From assembly GCA_963704755.1 (NCBI GenBank), contig OY969938.1:630001-662000 (forward strand): a DNA stretch of 32,000 bases, written 5' to 3'. Position numbers and translations under genes: made by a program. Positions within the stretch are counted from its first letter, which is position 1; every line of letters begins with the position of its first letter. This document shows positions 1 to 7,865 of the stretch, piece after piece. The stretch is from an uncultured Chloroflexia bacterium (GTDB lineage Bacteria; Chloroflexota; Anaerolineae; Anaerolineales; Anaerolineaceae). The notes under the pieces are model-generated. The model was not told the DNA's origin, did not search any database, and was given only the letters and a program-made list of their open reading frames with translations.

Positions 1-774
1 CCGGCTCAACACCGGTGGAAACCAGCGAATGACAAAGGACAGCGCCTTGACCGGCGTTTCCGGCACGTCTACGACTTGAAAACCATTTGCCCGCATGATC
101 GCCAATGTCTCGCGGATCTGGCGGACTTCCAGGGCATAGGCTCGCGGATCATTCATAATTTCCTGCGGGCTCATATCCAGAATCGCTGAAGTGGCGTTCA
201 CCAGCAGGTTGGTCAGCATTTTAGACCATTTCATCGAGAGCGAGTCCCGAAAATAGACCGGACGCAGCCCGGCTTTATCCAGGATCTGGATCAGTTGGGG
301 CACAGCAGGATGATTGCCGGAAAGGCCAATGCCGCGCAAACGTTCGAGTGCGACGTGGCCCAAACCAAAACGGCCGACTGCGCTGGTCAACGTCCCGGAG
401 ATCACCTTATCGGCTCCGACTGCGGCGGCCAGGACCGGCTCATTTTCTACCCCGTTTTGAAAGCTGATCACACCTTCCAGTTGCTCTTTACAGGCAGATA
501 ACGATTCAGCCAACGCCGGTGTATCGAAGGATTTGACCGCCACGATCGCAAATGCCGGCGCGTTATCCGTACCCAAGGCCTCATCCAGCGTCGCGACGAC
601 CCTGGGATGGCCAACCGTATATTCGTTGCCATTAATTTCTAAGGTCAACTGGATCTGATTAAAGTCAAGCCCGCTTTCCGGTCGCTCGATAAACACAACC
701 TCCTGGCCGGCGCGCACCAGGCTGACCCCCAGATAGGTGCCAATAGCACCCAGGCCAAAGATAATGAATTTCAT
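1..774 (-). CDS. panE: 2-dehydropantoate 2-reductase (ketopantoate reductase, PanE/ApbA family); C-terminus cut by the window edge
   Basis: Absent from the ORF track because it has no stop in the window. Reverse-complement translation from ATG (772-774) gives MKFIIFGLGAIGTYLGVSLVRAGQEVVFIERPESGLDF..., with an N-terminal GxGxxG Rossmann motif and the PanE/ApbA pattern. The frame stays open to position 1. Confidence 0.7.
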   Translation of the reverse strand, partial: MKFIIFGLGAIGTYLGVSLVRAGQEVVFIERPESGLDFNQIQLTLEINGNEYTVGHPRVVATLDEALGTDNAPAFAIVAVKSFDTPALAESLSACKEQLEGVISFQNGVENEPVLAAAVGADKVISGTLTSAVGRFGLGHVALERLRGIGLSGNHPAVPQLIQILDKAGLRPVYFRDSLSMKWSKMLTNLLVNATSAILDMSPQEIMNDPRAYALEVRQIRETLAIMRANGFQVVDVPETPVKALSFVIRWFPPVLSR

Positions 775-810
775 AAAGTATTTGTAAGCCTGTCCAGTGT
801 ATAGATTTCT

Positions 811-1728
811 TCAGTCCGCCCAATTTCTTGCCCCGCGGATAAAGGCCACGCCCGGCATGGCTTTTTTCCCGGCGGGTTGAACTTCCTCGAGAACCAGGCT
901 GCCATCGGTCGTACCAATAGCCGGCAAACCCGCGACCAGGCCTTTTTGGCCTGCCGCCAGCGAGTTTGCTGGAGCAATCCTGGCCCGGTTGACTTTCAAA
1001 ATCTGTCCATGCCAGTAAATGAATGATCCCGGCCAGGGTGAAAAAGCCCGGATCTTGCGTTCCAATTCGACGGCCGGCCGGTCGAAATCCAGCTCGCCAT
1101 CCTCTTTCTTGAGCATCGCTGCGTAGGCCGCGCCTTCTTCTGGCTGAGGTTGAGGTACAATCGACCCATTCAGGTAGCCCGGTAAGGTTTCGATCAGCAG
1201 ATCCGCACCCACTTCCGCCAGGCGCTGTCCCAAGGAGGATGAATCATCCTCGGGGAGAATCCGTACTTCGCGCTTTGCCAGCACCGGGCCGGTATCTACA
1301 CCCGGGTCCAGCTTCATAATCGATACCCCGCTGAACTCATCGCCGGCCAGAATGGCTGCCTGGATTGGGGCAGCTCCTCGCCAGCGCGGCAAAAGCGAGG
1401 CGTGCACGTTGATGCAGCCGTATTGCGCCAGTTCCAGAACGTTCGGGCGTAGAATTTGGCCGTAAGCCGCCACTACAATGAGATCAGGCGCGAAGGCCTG
1501 CAACTGCTCGAAGGCTTCCGGCCGGCGCAGCCGCTCCGGCTGGATGACCGGCACCTTCTTCTGCTCGGCCAGCACTTTCACCGGCGGAGGGGTCAGGACC
1601 TTTCCCCGTCCGGCCGGCCGGTCCGGCTGGGTAACCACGCCAACCACGTTAAAGCCCTGGATCAGCTTATCCAGTACCTTTACGGCAAATTCAGGCGAGC
1701 CCATAAAAACAATTTGTTCGCTATCCAC
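811..1728 (-). CDS. fmt: methionyl-tRNA formyltransferase
   Basis: 305 aa. IVFMGSPEFAVKVLDKL...VVTQPDRPAGRGKVLTPPPVK...NVHASLLPRWRGAAPIQAAI is the classic Fmt N-terminal formyltransferase signature, followed by a C-terminal Fmt domain. Confidence 0.93.
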   Translation of the reverse strand: MDSEQIVFMGSPEFAVKVLDKLIQGFNVVGVVTQPDRPAGRGKVLTPPPVKVLAEQKKVPVIQPERLRRPEAFEQLQAFAPDLIVVAAYGQILRPNVLELAQYGCINVHASLLPRWRGAAPIQAAILAGDEFSGVSIMKLDPGVDTGPVLAKREVRILPEDDSSSLGQRLAEVGADLLIETLPGYLNGSIVPQPQPEEGAAYAAMLKKEDGELDFDRPAVELERKIRAFSPWPGSFIYWHGQILKVNRARIAPANSLAAGQKGLVAGLPAIGTTDGSLVLEEVQPAGKKAMPGVAFIRGARNWAD

Positions 1729-1967
1729 CGGGCAATTTTAGCACAAGATATTAAATCTTTGTGAATGGCAGAGCTTCAAGCGAAGCAGCCAGAGCCGATG
1801 CCACAACCTTTTCAAACCTGCCCGCCGGCGGTTTTTCTCCAACAAATGAAACATTACCATAAAATTATAGAATTTTATATGTAGTATTTGGATAAGGTTT
1901 GTTATAAAATGTTTTTATCTTTATTTCATAGGATTAACCAGATTGCCAGTCCATTACAGGAGGAAAT

Positions 1968-2324
1968 ATGTCAGATATGAGCTCAGCTCAGCCATCCAGT
2001 GAAGTGACCAGCGATGATCGCTTGTGGGCCTTACTATCTTATTTACTAACCCCCCTCATCCCGATCATCATCCTCCTGATGGAGGACAAGAAGAGCCGGC
2101 CTTTCATCAAAGCCCACTATATGCAGGCCCTGGTATTGGGCGTCGTTTTGATTATCGCCGATACCGTTTTGGGATTCATCCTTTCCTTTGTTTTATTCCT
2201 GGGATGCCTGATTCCACTGGCACATCTCGCGCTGGTGATTTACTATGCCATCAAGGCTAATCATGGCGAATACATCACCATCCCGGTGATCACCGATTTC
2301 GTCAAGAACCAGGGCTGGGTCTAG
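1968..2324 (+). CDS. small integral membrane protein, DUF4870-like
   Basis: 118 aa. DRLWALLSYLLTPLIPIIILLMEDKKSRPFIKAHYMQALVLGV matches the DUF4870 pattern from memory. AGGAGG lies 5 nt upstream of the ATG and a terminator hairpin lies downstream. Confidence 0.65.
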   Translation: MSDMSSAQPSSEVTSDDRLWALLSYLLTPLIPIIILLMEDKKSRPFIKAHYMQALVLGVVLIIADTVLGFILSFVLFLGCLIPLAHLALVIYYAIKANHGEYITIPVITDFVKNQGWV

Positions 2325-2353
2325 TCTGGCCGGCCTCCTTATTTGAATGGAAT

Positions 2354-2390
2354 GAGCCATCCCGCAAAACGGGATGGCTCGATTATTTAA
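2354..2390 (+). terminator. rho-independent terminator after the DUF4870-like gene
   Basis: GAGCCATCCCG (2354-2364), loop CAAAA, CGGGATGGCTC (2370-2380): a perfect 11-bp stem followed by the T-rich GATTATTTAATT. Confidence 0.7.
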
Positions 2391-2426
2391 TTCAAAAGCA
2401 ACTGTTCAGCCTGAATTCAGGAATAT

Positions 2427-2469
2427 TTTTATTGTTTATCGCATGCGATGCATGCGATAAACAATAAAA
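2427..2469. repeat. perfect 20-bp inverted repeat with a 3-nt spacer
   Basis: TTTTATTGTTTATCGCATGC gat GCATGCGATAAACAATAAAA, about 50 nt upstream of the ORF starting at 2521. Candidate operator or hairpin. Confidence 0.8.
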
Positions 2470-2520
2470 GAGGTAAAATATCTCAAACTGATCCGCATGA
2501 AACGCTGATAGAATTAAGGC

Positions 2521-2868
2521 ATGTTCGACTACTTGACATGGGAAAAACTGAGCACAGAATTAGCCAACCTGAAAGCCGCCCGGCTTTCAGGGAACGAAGG
2601 CAAAGCCCGTGTCTGTGCCCGCCGCGCCGCTGGAATTGCGGCCAGGGCATACTGTACCATCCTCGGGATTCATTATGAAGATCCCAGCGCAATCTCGGTG
2701 TTGAAATTGCTCAACGAGCTCGATTCCATTCCCGAATCAACCCGCCAGCACATCGACCGTTTATTGTTACAGGTTGACGTCCAACATAATTTACCGGAAG
2801 AAATCGATCTTGAAGTTGAAACCAATGCGTTGGTTGCAGATCTTGAAGCGATAATTGCAGGAGGATAA
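2521..2868 (+). CDS. hypothetical protein (helical, no recognised domain)
   Basis: 115-aa ORF whose TAA stop abuts the ATG of the next gene (TAAATG at 2866-2871), suggesting translational coupling. No motif recognised. Confidence 0.5.
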   Translation: MFDYLTWEKLSTELANLKAARLSGNEGKARVCARRAAGIAARAYCTILGIHYEDPSAISVLKLLNELDSIPESTRQHIDRLLLQVDVQHNLPEEIDLEVETNALVADLEAIIAGG

Positions 2869-3123
2869 ATGAGCGAGAACCCATCTCAGATAATCATGTA
2901 TGGAACCACCTGGTGTTACGACTTCAAAAAGGCCCGCCGAATTCTCGACCAGTATAATATCCCCTTTACCTTCATCGACATCGATGAAGACATGGATGGC
3001 CGGCGCTTCGTAGAAAAAGTCAATAATGGCAACCGCAGCGTACCCACCATTATTTTCACCGATGGGTCCATGCTGGTCGAGCCTACTTCGGCTGAATTAA
3101 AAGAAAAGCTAGGGGTAAGCTGA
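2869..3123 (+). CDS. mycoredoxin/NrdH-like glutaredoxin-family protein with a single-cysteine active site
   Basis: 84 aa. IIMYGTTWCYDFKKARRIL...NGNRSVPTIIFTDGSMLVEPTSAELKEKL aligns by eye with the mycoredoxin pattern (WCGYC...GGNRTVPTV.F.DGS.L.NPS..E). The CxxC position reads C-Y-D-F, so the second Cys is absent. Confidence 0.7.
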   Translation: MSENPSQIIMYGTTWCYDFKKARRILDQYNIPFTFIDIDEDMDGRRFVEKVNNGNRSVPTIIFTDGSMLVEPTSAELKEKLGVS

Positions 3124-3132
3124 TCGGGTCGA

Positions 3133-3375
3133 TCACGCCCTGATTAAGGTATAAACCTTTCGCAGCCCCCAAATCAAAAACGCACCGGTTACCAGGCCAG
3201 CGCCAATCGTAATTACCCCCAACATTTGGTTGATGGGTCGTTCGACTGAAACCGAAGGCCGTTTGGAAAGACGAGACCCCAGCCCGTGAATAAAATCCGG
3301 GTCTGGGTCGATGGGCAGCAATGTTTGGTACAAATTGTTTTCTAACCCATTGAATACTTTAGTGTTAATGGCCAT
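3133..3375 (-). CDS. small single-pass membrane protein, possible anti-sigma factor
   Basis: 80 aa lying 18 nt downstream of the ECF sigma gene on the same strand. It has one C-terminal TM helix (VITIGAGLVTGAFLIWGL). The function rests on position only. Confidence 0.4.
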   Translation of the reverse strand: MAINTKVFNGLENNLYQTLLPIDPDPDFIHGLGSRLSKRPSVSVERPINQMLGVITIGAGLVTGAFLIWGLRKVYTLIRA

Positions 3376-3393
3376 TTTTCCTTTTCCTTCGTT

Positions 3394-3951
3394 TCATTCC
3401 TCTTCGACAATTATTCCTAACTCATCGCGCAGGGTGGTCAATGTGCGATGATACAGACTCTTAATAGCACCCTCGCTTCTTCCCATAATCTGAGCGATTT
3501 CCTCATTCGAAAGCCGCTCGACAAACTTGAGGATCAATAAGTTCTGCCGGTCGGTTGGCAATTTCTGGATTGCGACCAATAATCCTTCGATCTCCTGTCC
3601 CTTTACCAGGCGTGACTCGGGATGGTCCCCCTGGCGCAGGGAAAACACATGATCCTCCAGGGGAACTTCTTTTTTGCGTTTGTTATCGCGATGCCAGTTT
3701 GCCACCAGGTTATGCGCGATGCGGTATAACCAGGCCGAGAATGGAAGCCCCCGATTGTTGTAAGTTTGGATGTGATTCAGGGCGCGAAAAAAGACCCGCT
3801 CTGTCAAATCCTCGGCATCGTGAACGCTACCCGTACGATAATAAATATAGTTATAAATTCGCCGGACGTATCGCTGGTAAAGTACACTGAATGCGTCGTT
3901 GTCGCCTTGGGAAGCCTGGATGATGGCTTCGTCGTCGGTCAGTTCATCCAA
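3394..3951 (-). CDS. RNA polymerase ECF-type sigma-70 family factor
   Basis: 185 aa. Region 2 reads YQRYVRRIYNYIYYRTGSVHDAEDLTERVFFRA...FSAWLYRIAHNLVANWHRD. Region 4 reads RQNLLILKFVERLSNEEIAQIMGRSEGAIKSLYHRTL. Confidence 0.88.
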   Translation of the reverse strand: MDELTDDEAIIQASQGDNDAFSVLYQRYVRRIYNYIYYRTGSVHDAEDLTERVFFRALNHIQTYNNRGLPFSAWLYRIAHNLVANWHRDNKRKKEVPLEDHVFSLRQGDHPESRLVKGQEIEGLLVAIQKLPTDRQNLLILKFVERLSNEEIAQIMGRSEGAIKSLYHRTLTTLRDELGIIVEEE

Positions 3952-4089
3952 AATGACATCCCTGCCTTATCTGTGTTCGTGAGTAATAACACCAATCGAA
4001 CCAGGAAGATACAAAATTCTACCGATTAATTTGGCGGATGCCACATTCGAAGTAAATAGACACTCAACAACCCTTATCCCGAACTGAGG

Positions 4090-6561
4090 TTATTTATAGT
4101 TCAGGGCAGCCTGGACGGCCGCATAAGCATCCACAATCCCATAACCCACCCCGTTTTCGGGCGGGTTGCCCTTGACAACACAATCGGGGAGCGGGCCCGA
4201 ATAGGATTGGGCGGTCTCCTCGATGATCCTGGTCGTCGCATCGACCTGCCCGATCAGCGCCGGGTTTGCCGACCACATCAATGCTACCACACCTACCAGG
4301 TGTGGGCCAGACATCGACGTACCCGATGCTGCCTCGTAGGTATCGTCAGGATAGGATGATTCGACATTGGCTCCCGGGGCCAGAATTTCCGGTTTGACCC
4401 GGTTGCTGCCATCCACCGTCACCGGGCCAACACTGCTGAAGCCCGCCAGGTTTCCGGCTGCATCTACGGCACCAACCGAGAGCACATTCGCATTTAGCGC
4501 GATAGGCTGGTCCACCGTGTCACAGCCGCCGTAACCCGAGTTTCCGGCCGAGGCGACCACAAAGACGCCGGCCGCTTTGAGCGCTTGCAACGCCGGCACG
4601 AACGTATCCGGCGTGCAGCCCTCCACCGGCGGACAACCCCAGGAATTATTCAGCACATTGGCTCCCCTGGAGGGGTCTCCATCGGTCAAAGCATTCCCAC
4701 CCTGCGGGTAGGGCGCCAGCATAAACTGCATGCATGTCAGGTAATAGGCCGGGTCACCCAGGTTGCGCGCCAAATTGACACAGCCGATCCATTCCGCATC
4801 CGGCGCGACACCCACCGTGTTCCCCAGGATCGTTCCCAGGGTATGGGTGCCATGCCCGTTCCAATCCGTCGGTGAGGTCGTCCCAAACCAGGGATCCAAC
4901 CAATGGTAATCGTTCTGACCATCTGCTCCCAGGTAACCATCCGCCAGCTCGGGGTGATTGCCGTCCACACCGGAATCGGATTGGCCAACGATAATCCCGC
5001 TGCCGCGGTCGTTCAACTGCTGCCAGACCTGGTCGGCATGGATGAGAGTCAGGTTCCATTGGGTTTGAGTTGGTTTTCCCAGCGACCCGCTGGCTACCGG
5101 CAGCGGGTTTTTTACCGGTCGTAAATGCGGGCTGTTCAATATCTCGGCCACCTCAGGCTGCTGCGTCAACCACAGCCGGACCAGCGGCCCGCCATTGACC
5201 TCGATCGCATTCTCCAGGTAAAAAGGAGTGGTTTGGATGTGCAGGTTACCCAGGGCTTTCAACAAATCCGCCTGGGTATTTTGGGCGTTCGAGACCAGGG
5301 CCTGGTACACCTCAGTGCGGCGCTCGGCTGCATCTGTCACGTTTTGCAGCGCGCTTAAGTCGGCCTGGTCTTTCAATATGACGAACAGTTTCTCACCATA
5401 AAATCCGGGCTGCCCGGCGACAAAATACAGCCCAAACAAAACCACCCACACTGCCAGGCTACCGGCCACCGGGCCGGCTCCCGCCAGGTTCCAGGAACTG
5501 GCCTGCTTTTGCAGCAGCATGGCCAAAATACCCAGCACGATCAAGACGACCAGCGATAGGGTGAGCATTTTGAAAGCGTAACCGAATAGCTCACCTGGGT
5601 CCGAATTGATGACCAGCATTAGCTCGTCCCCATCCACCCACAACAACGTCGTCGCAGCCACCAGCCCGATCAGCAACCCCAGCGACCCGCGGCTGAAACC
5701 GTTTCCTTGTTGCCAACTGCTCAAGCCAACCACCAGCATCGTCGAGAGAACGACCATCGGGGGCAAGAAAGGCTGTAATCCCACCGGGGTTATCCCGGCC
5801 GAAAGGATCAAAAATGCCACCAGCACAGGGATGACTTTTTGGCGGTTGCCGGCGACTGCTTTTCCCTGACTATCCGCGGATTGGCCGAGACCGTCAAAGA
5901 TCATTCCGGCCGTCATGGCTGCCGCGAAACCAAATACCAGCCCGGTGATTAGGTCCAGAACGATATCCAGCGGGGATCCCAAAGCCCCCCAAATGACCCA
6001 GGGCAGCATCACCAACGCTCCCAGGCCGGAAGCAAGCAGCAGGCCAGGTTTTTTGCCTGGAACGGCCTCGCGACGTTCATCCTTGCGGTTGCGATTGAGT
6101 AGAGCCAGGAGAATGATGTAGATCAACAGGCTGGCCAGGATAATCGCCAGCGCACCCTGGGCATCTGAAAGTGACAGGAAGCGGGCGGGTAAGGAAAACA
6201 AACCCGGCAATGCTGCCAACATCCAGGCCATGTAGATTTTCCGCTGGGATGAATTGCGTAACAAAACGGCCAGCAAAGCCAAAAGAATAAAGTTGGCCAG
6301 TCCAAACCCGGCTGCGACCTGCGGCCTTACATCCGGTAAACCCAATTCGCCATCGAACAGAAGTTGTTCCAGGTTCCATTCGATGATCAGAAAACCAAGG
6401 CTGATGCCGAGGGTCAAAATCGTTGCGACGACAAAGATCCCGGTATGTAAGCAATTCCCGGTATTTTTTTCGGCACCCCCGGCAGGTGGATTTGTGTTCA
6501 CCTCTGTGGTATTCATACCTGATTTCATTCCTCGATCCCAAATTTTCCTCCTGAAAACCAA
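4090..6561 (-). CDS. polytopic-membrane-anchored subtilisin-like (S8) serine peptidase
   Basis: 823 aa. The N-terminal ~400 aa consist of many hydrophobic helices, followed by a propeptide-like stretch. The S8 catalytic triad motifs are GSGIIVGQSDSGVD (Asp), HGTHTLGTILG (His) and GTSMSGPHLVGVVAL (Ser). The start is uncertain: the track uses TTG at 6561, and the alternative is ATG at 6528 (MKSGMNTTE). Confidence 0.85.
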   Translation of the reverse strand: MVFRRKIWDRGMKSGMNTTEVNTNPPAGGAEKNTGNCLHTGIFVVATILTLGISLGFLIIEWNLEQLLFDGELGLPDVRPQVAAGFGLANFILLALLAVLLRNSSQRKIYMAWMLAALPGLFSLPARFLSLSDAQGALAIILASLLIYIILLALLNRNRKDERREAVPGKKPGLLLASGLGALVMLPWVIWGALGSPLDIVLDLITGLVFGFAAAMTAGMIFDGLGQSADSQGKAVAGNRQKVIPVLVAFLILSAGITPVGLQPFLPPMVVLSTMLVVGLSSWQQGNGFSRGSLGLLIGLVAATTLLWVDGDELMLVINSDPGELFGYAFKMLTLSLVVLIVLGILAMLLQKQASSWNLAGAGPVAGSLAVWVVLFGLYFVAGQPGFYGEKLFVILKDQADLSALQNVTDAAERRTEVYQALVSNAQNTQADLLKALGNLHIQTTPFYLENAIEVNGGPLVRLWLTQQPEVAEILNSPHLRPVKNPLPVASGSLGKPTQTQWNLTLIHADQVWQQLNDRGSGIIVGQSDSGVDGNHPELADGYLGADGQNDYHWLDPWFGTTSPTDWNGHGTHTLGTILGNTVGVAPDAEWIGCVNLARNLGDPAYYLTCMQFMLAPYPQGGNALTDGDPSRGANVLNNSWGCPPVEGCTPDTFVPALQALKAAGVFVVASAGNSGYGGCDTVDQPIALNANVLSVGAVDAAGNLAGFSSVGPVTVDGSNRVKPEILAPGANVESSYPDDTYEAASGTSMSGPHLVGVVALMWSANPALIGQVDATTRIIEETAQSYSGPLPDCVVKGNPPENGVGYGIVDAYAAVQAALNYK

Positions 6562-6870
6562 CCCCTCTCAGGAGAACGCTGCATTATATACGGGATTCGA
6601 CGTTTTCAGTTCCTATATATATTACAACCTATCTGATTTTACCATTTAGCCTTGCTCAAAATTAGCGCTTGATTTAGACTCAATGTATGGTGAGAACCGC
6701 GAATATGAGATACTCGCCTGGGTTCATTGCCTGTAGAGACATCAAACCCGAGAATTCCATATCTCGAGCCTTAAAAACCTATCGCCGCCTTCTTTCGCCA
6801 TATCCTTGGAGAAAAGGATCAACCACGCAGGTTTTACAACGATCTGTACCAGGAATCCTGGGGAGTGAAT

Positions 6871-7737
6871 ATGGTTCAAAACGATTTTAGCTGGCAATCG
6901 GGGAAGAATATCCAAATCGCCGGGCGAGAATGGCAGCCCGAGGGGACTGTCCGGGCTGTGATCGTGCTTATCCACGGGCTGGGTGAACACATTGGGCGTT
7001 ACCAACATGTCGCCGATATGTTTTGTAGCAATGGTTATGCGGTCCTAGGCGCCGATCATCCAGGCCACGGTCTTTCCGGCGGAAAACGTGGCCATGTCGA
7101 TTCCTACGAAGATTTCATGCAGGAAATCGATCACCTGCTGGCTGAAGCCGAAACTCGCTATCCCGGAAAACCACAGGTGTTGTACGGCCATTCGTTGGGC
7201 GGTAGCCTGGTTTTATATTATGCCCTGCTGCGCCGGCCCGCAATCGCCGGTGTAATCTCTACCGGGCCGGCCATCGCTCCGGCGAACACATCCAAAGCCT
7301 TGCAAAAAGTCGCTAAAGTGCTCTCCGCCATCGTACCAACCATGACCATCAACAACGGGCTGGTTTTGGAAGGGCTATCGCACGATAAAAACGTGGTAGC
7401 GGCTTATCAAAAAGACCCGCTCAATCACCCCGATATCTCTTTCCGCCTGGGGTATGAATTAATCGCCAATGGGGATTGGATTCTCCAGCATGCAGGCGAA
7501 TTTTCCTTGCCGCTTTTGTTGATGCAGGGCGAGGCAGATAAACTGGTCAGTCCGGCCGCCACCCGCGAATTCGCCAGCCGCCTTACCGGCAACCAGGTTT
7601 ACAAAGAATGGCCGGGTGGATATCACGAGTTGCACAACGAACCGTATAAAGACCAGGTATTCCAGGTCATGTTGGATTGGCTGAAACAGTTGTTAGACAA
7701 TTCCGCCAAATTACAAGTTACAACTATCCCTGCCTGA
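6871..7737 (+). CDS. alpha/beta hydrolase, lysophospholipase/monoacylglycerol-lipase-like
   Basis: VIVLIHGLGEHIGRYQHVADMF...GHSLGGSL (GxSxG nucleophile elbow) ...GEADKLV...GGYHELHNE (His). ATG at 6871 sits 5 nt after GGGGAG; the track starts at GTG 6865. Confidence 0.8.
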   Translation: MVQNDFSWQSGKNIQIAGREWQPEGTVRAVIVLIHGLGEHIGRYQHVADMFCSNGYAVLGADHPGHGLSGGKRGHVDSYEDFMQEIDHLLAEAETRYPGKPQVLYGHSLGGSLVLYYALLRRPAIAGVISTGPAIAPANTSKALQKVAKVLSAIVPTMTINNGLVLEGLSHDKNVVAAYQKDPLNHPDISFRLGYELIANGDWILQHAGEFSLPLLLMQGEADKLVSPAATREFASRLTGNQVYKEWPGGYHELHNEPYKDQVFQVMLDWLKQLLDNSAKLQVTTIPA

Positions 7738-7751
7738 GGGGATAAAATACC

Positions 7752-7780
7752 TTGACCCGCGCATGCCGGGATTATAAAAT
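7752..7780 (+). promoter_or_regulatory. sigma-70-like promoter upstream of the SHMT-GcvT gene
   Basis: TTGACC (7752-7757), a 17-nt spacer, then TAAAAT (7775-7780). The ~85-nt AT-rich leader contains a tandem TCCAATTT x2. Confidence 0.5.
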
Positions 7781-7865
7781 AAACTTGGTATGGTGTGGCA
7801 AAAATATCCAATTTCGTCCAATTTAATTTTAATGTTGTCAAAAATCGAATAAAAGGAGAGCATTA

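Noticed and set aside
7738-7865. Possible glycine or THF riboswitch upstream of the SHMT-GcvT gene
   Set aside because: The leader after the predicted promoter is only ~85 nt and AT-rich, and it lacks the GC-rich paired elements of glycine or THF aptamers. No convincing helices were found by eye. An Infernal scan would settle this.
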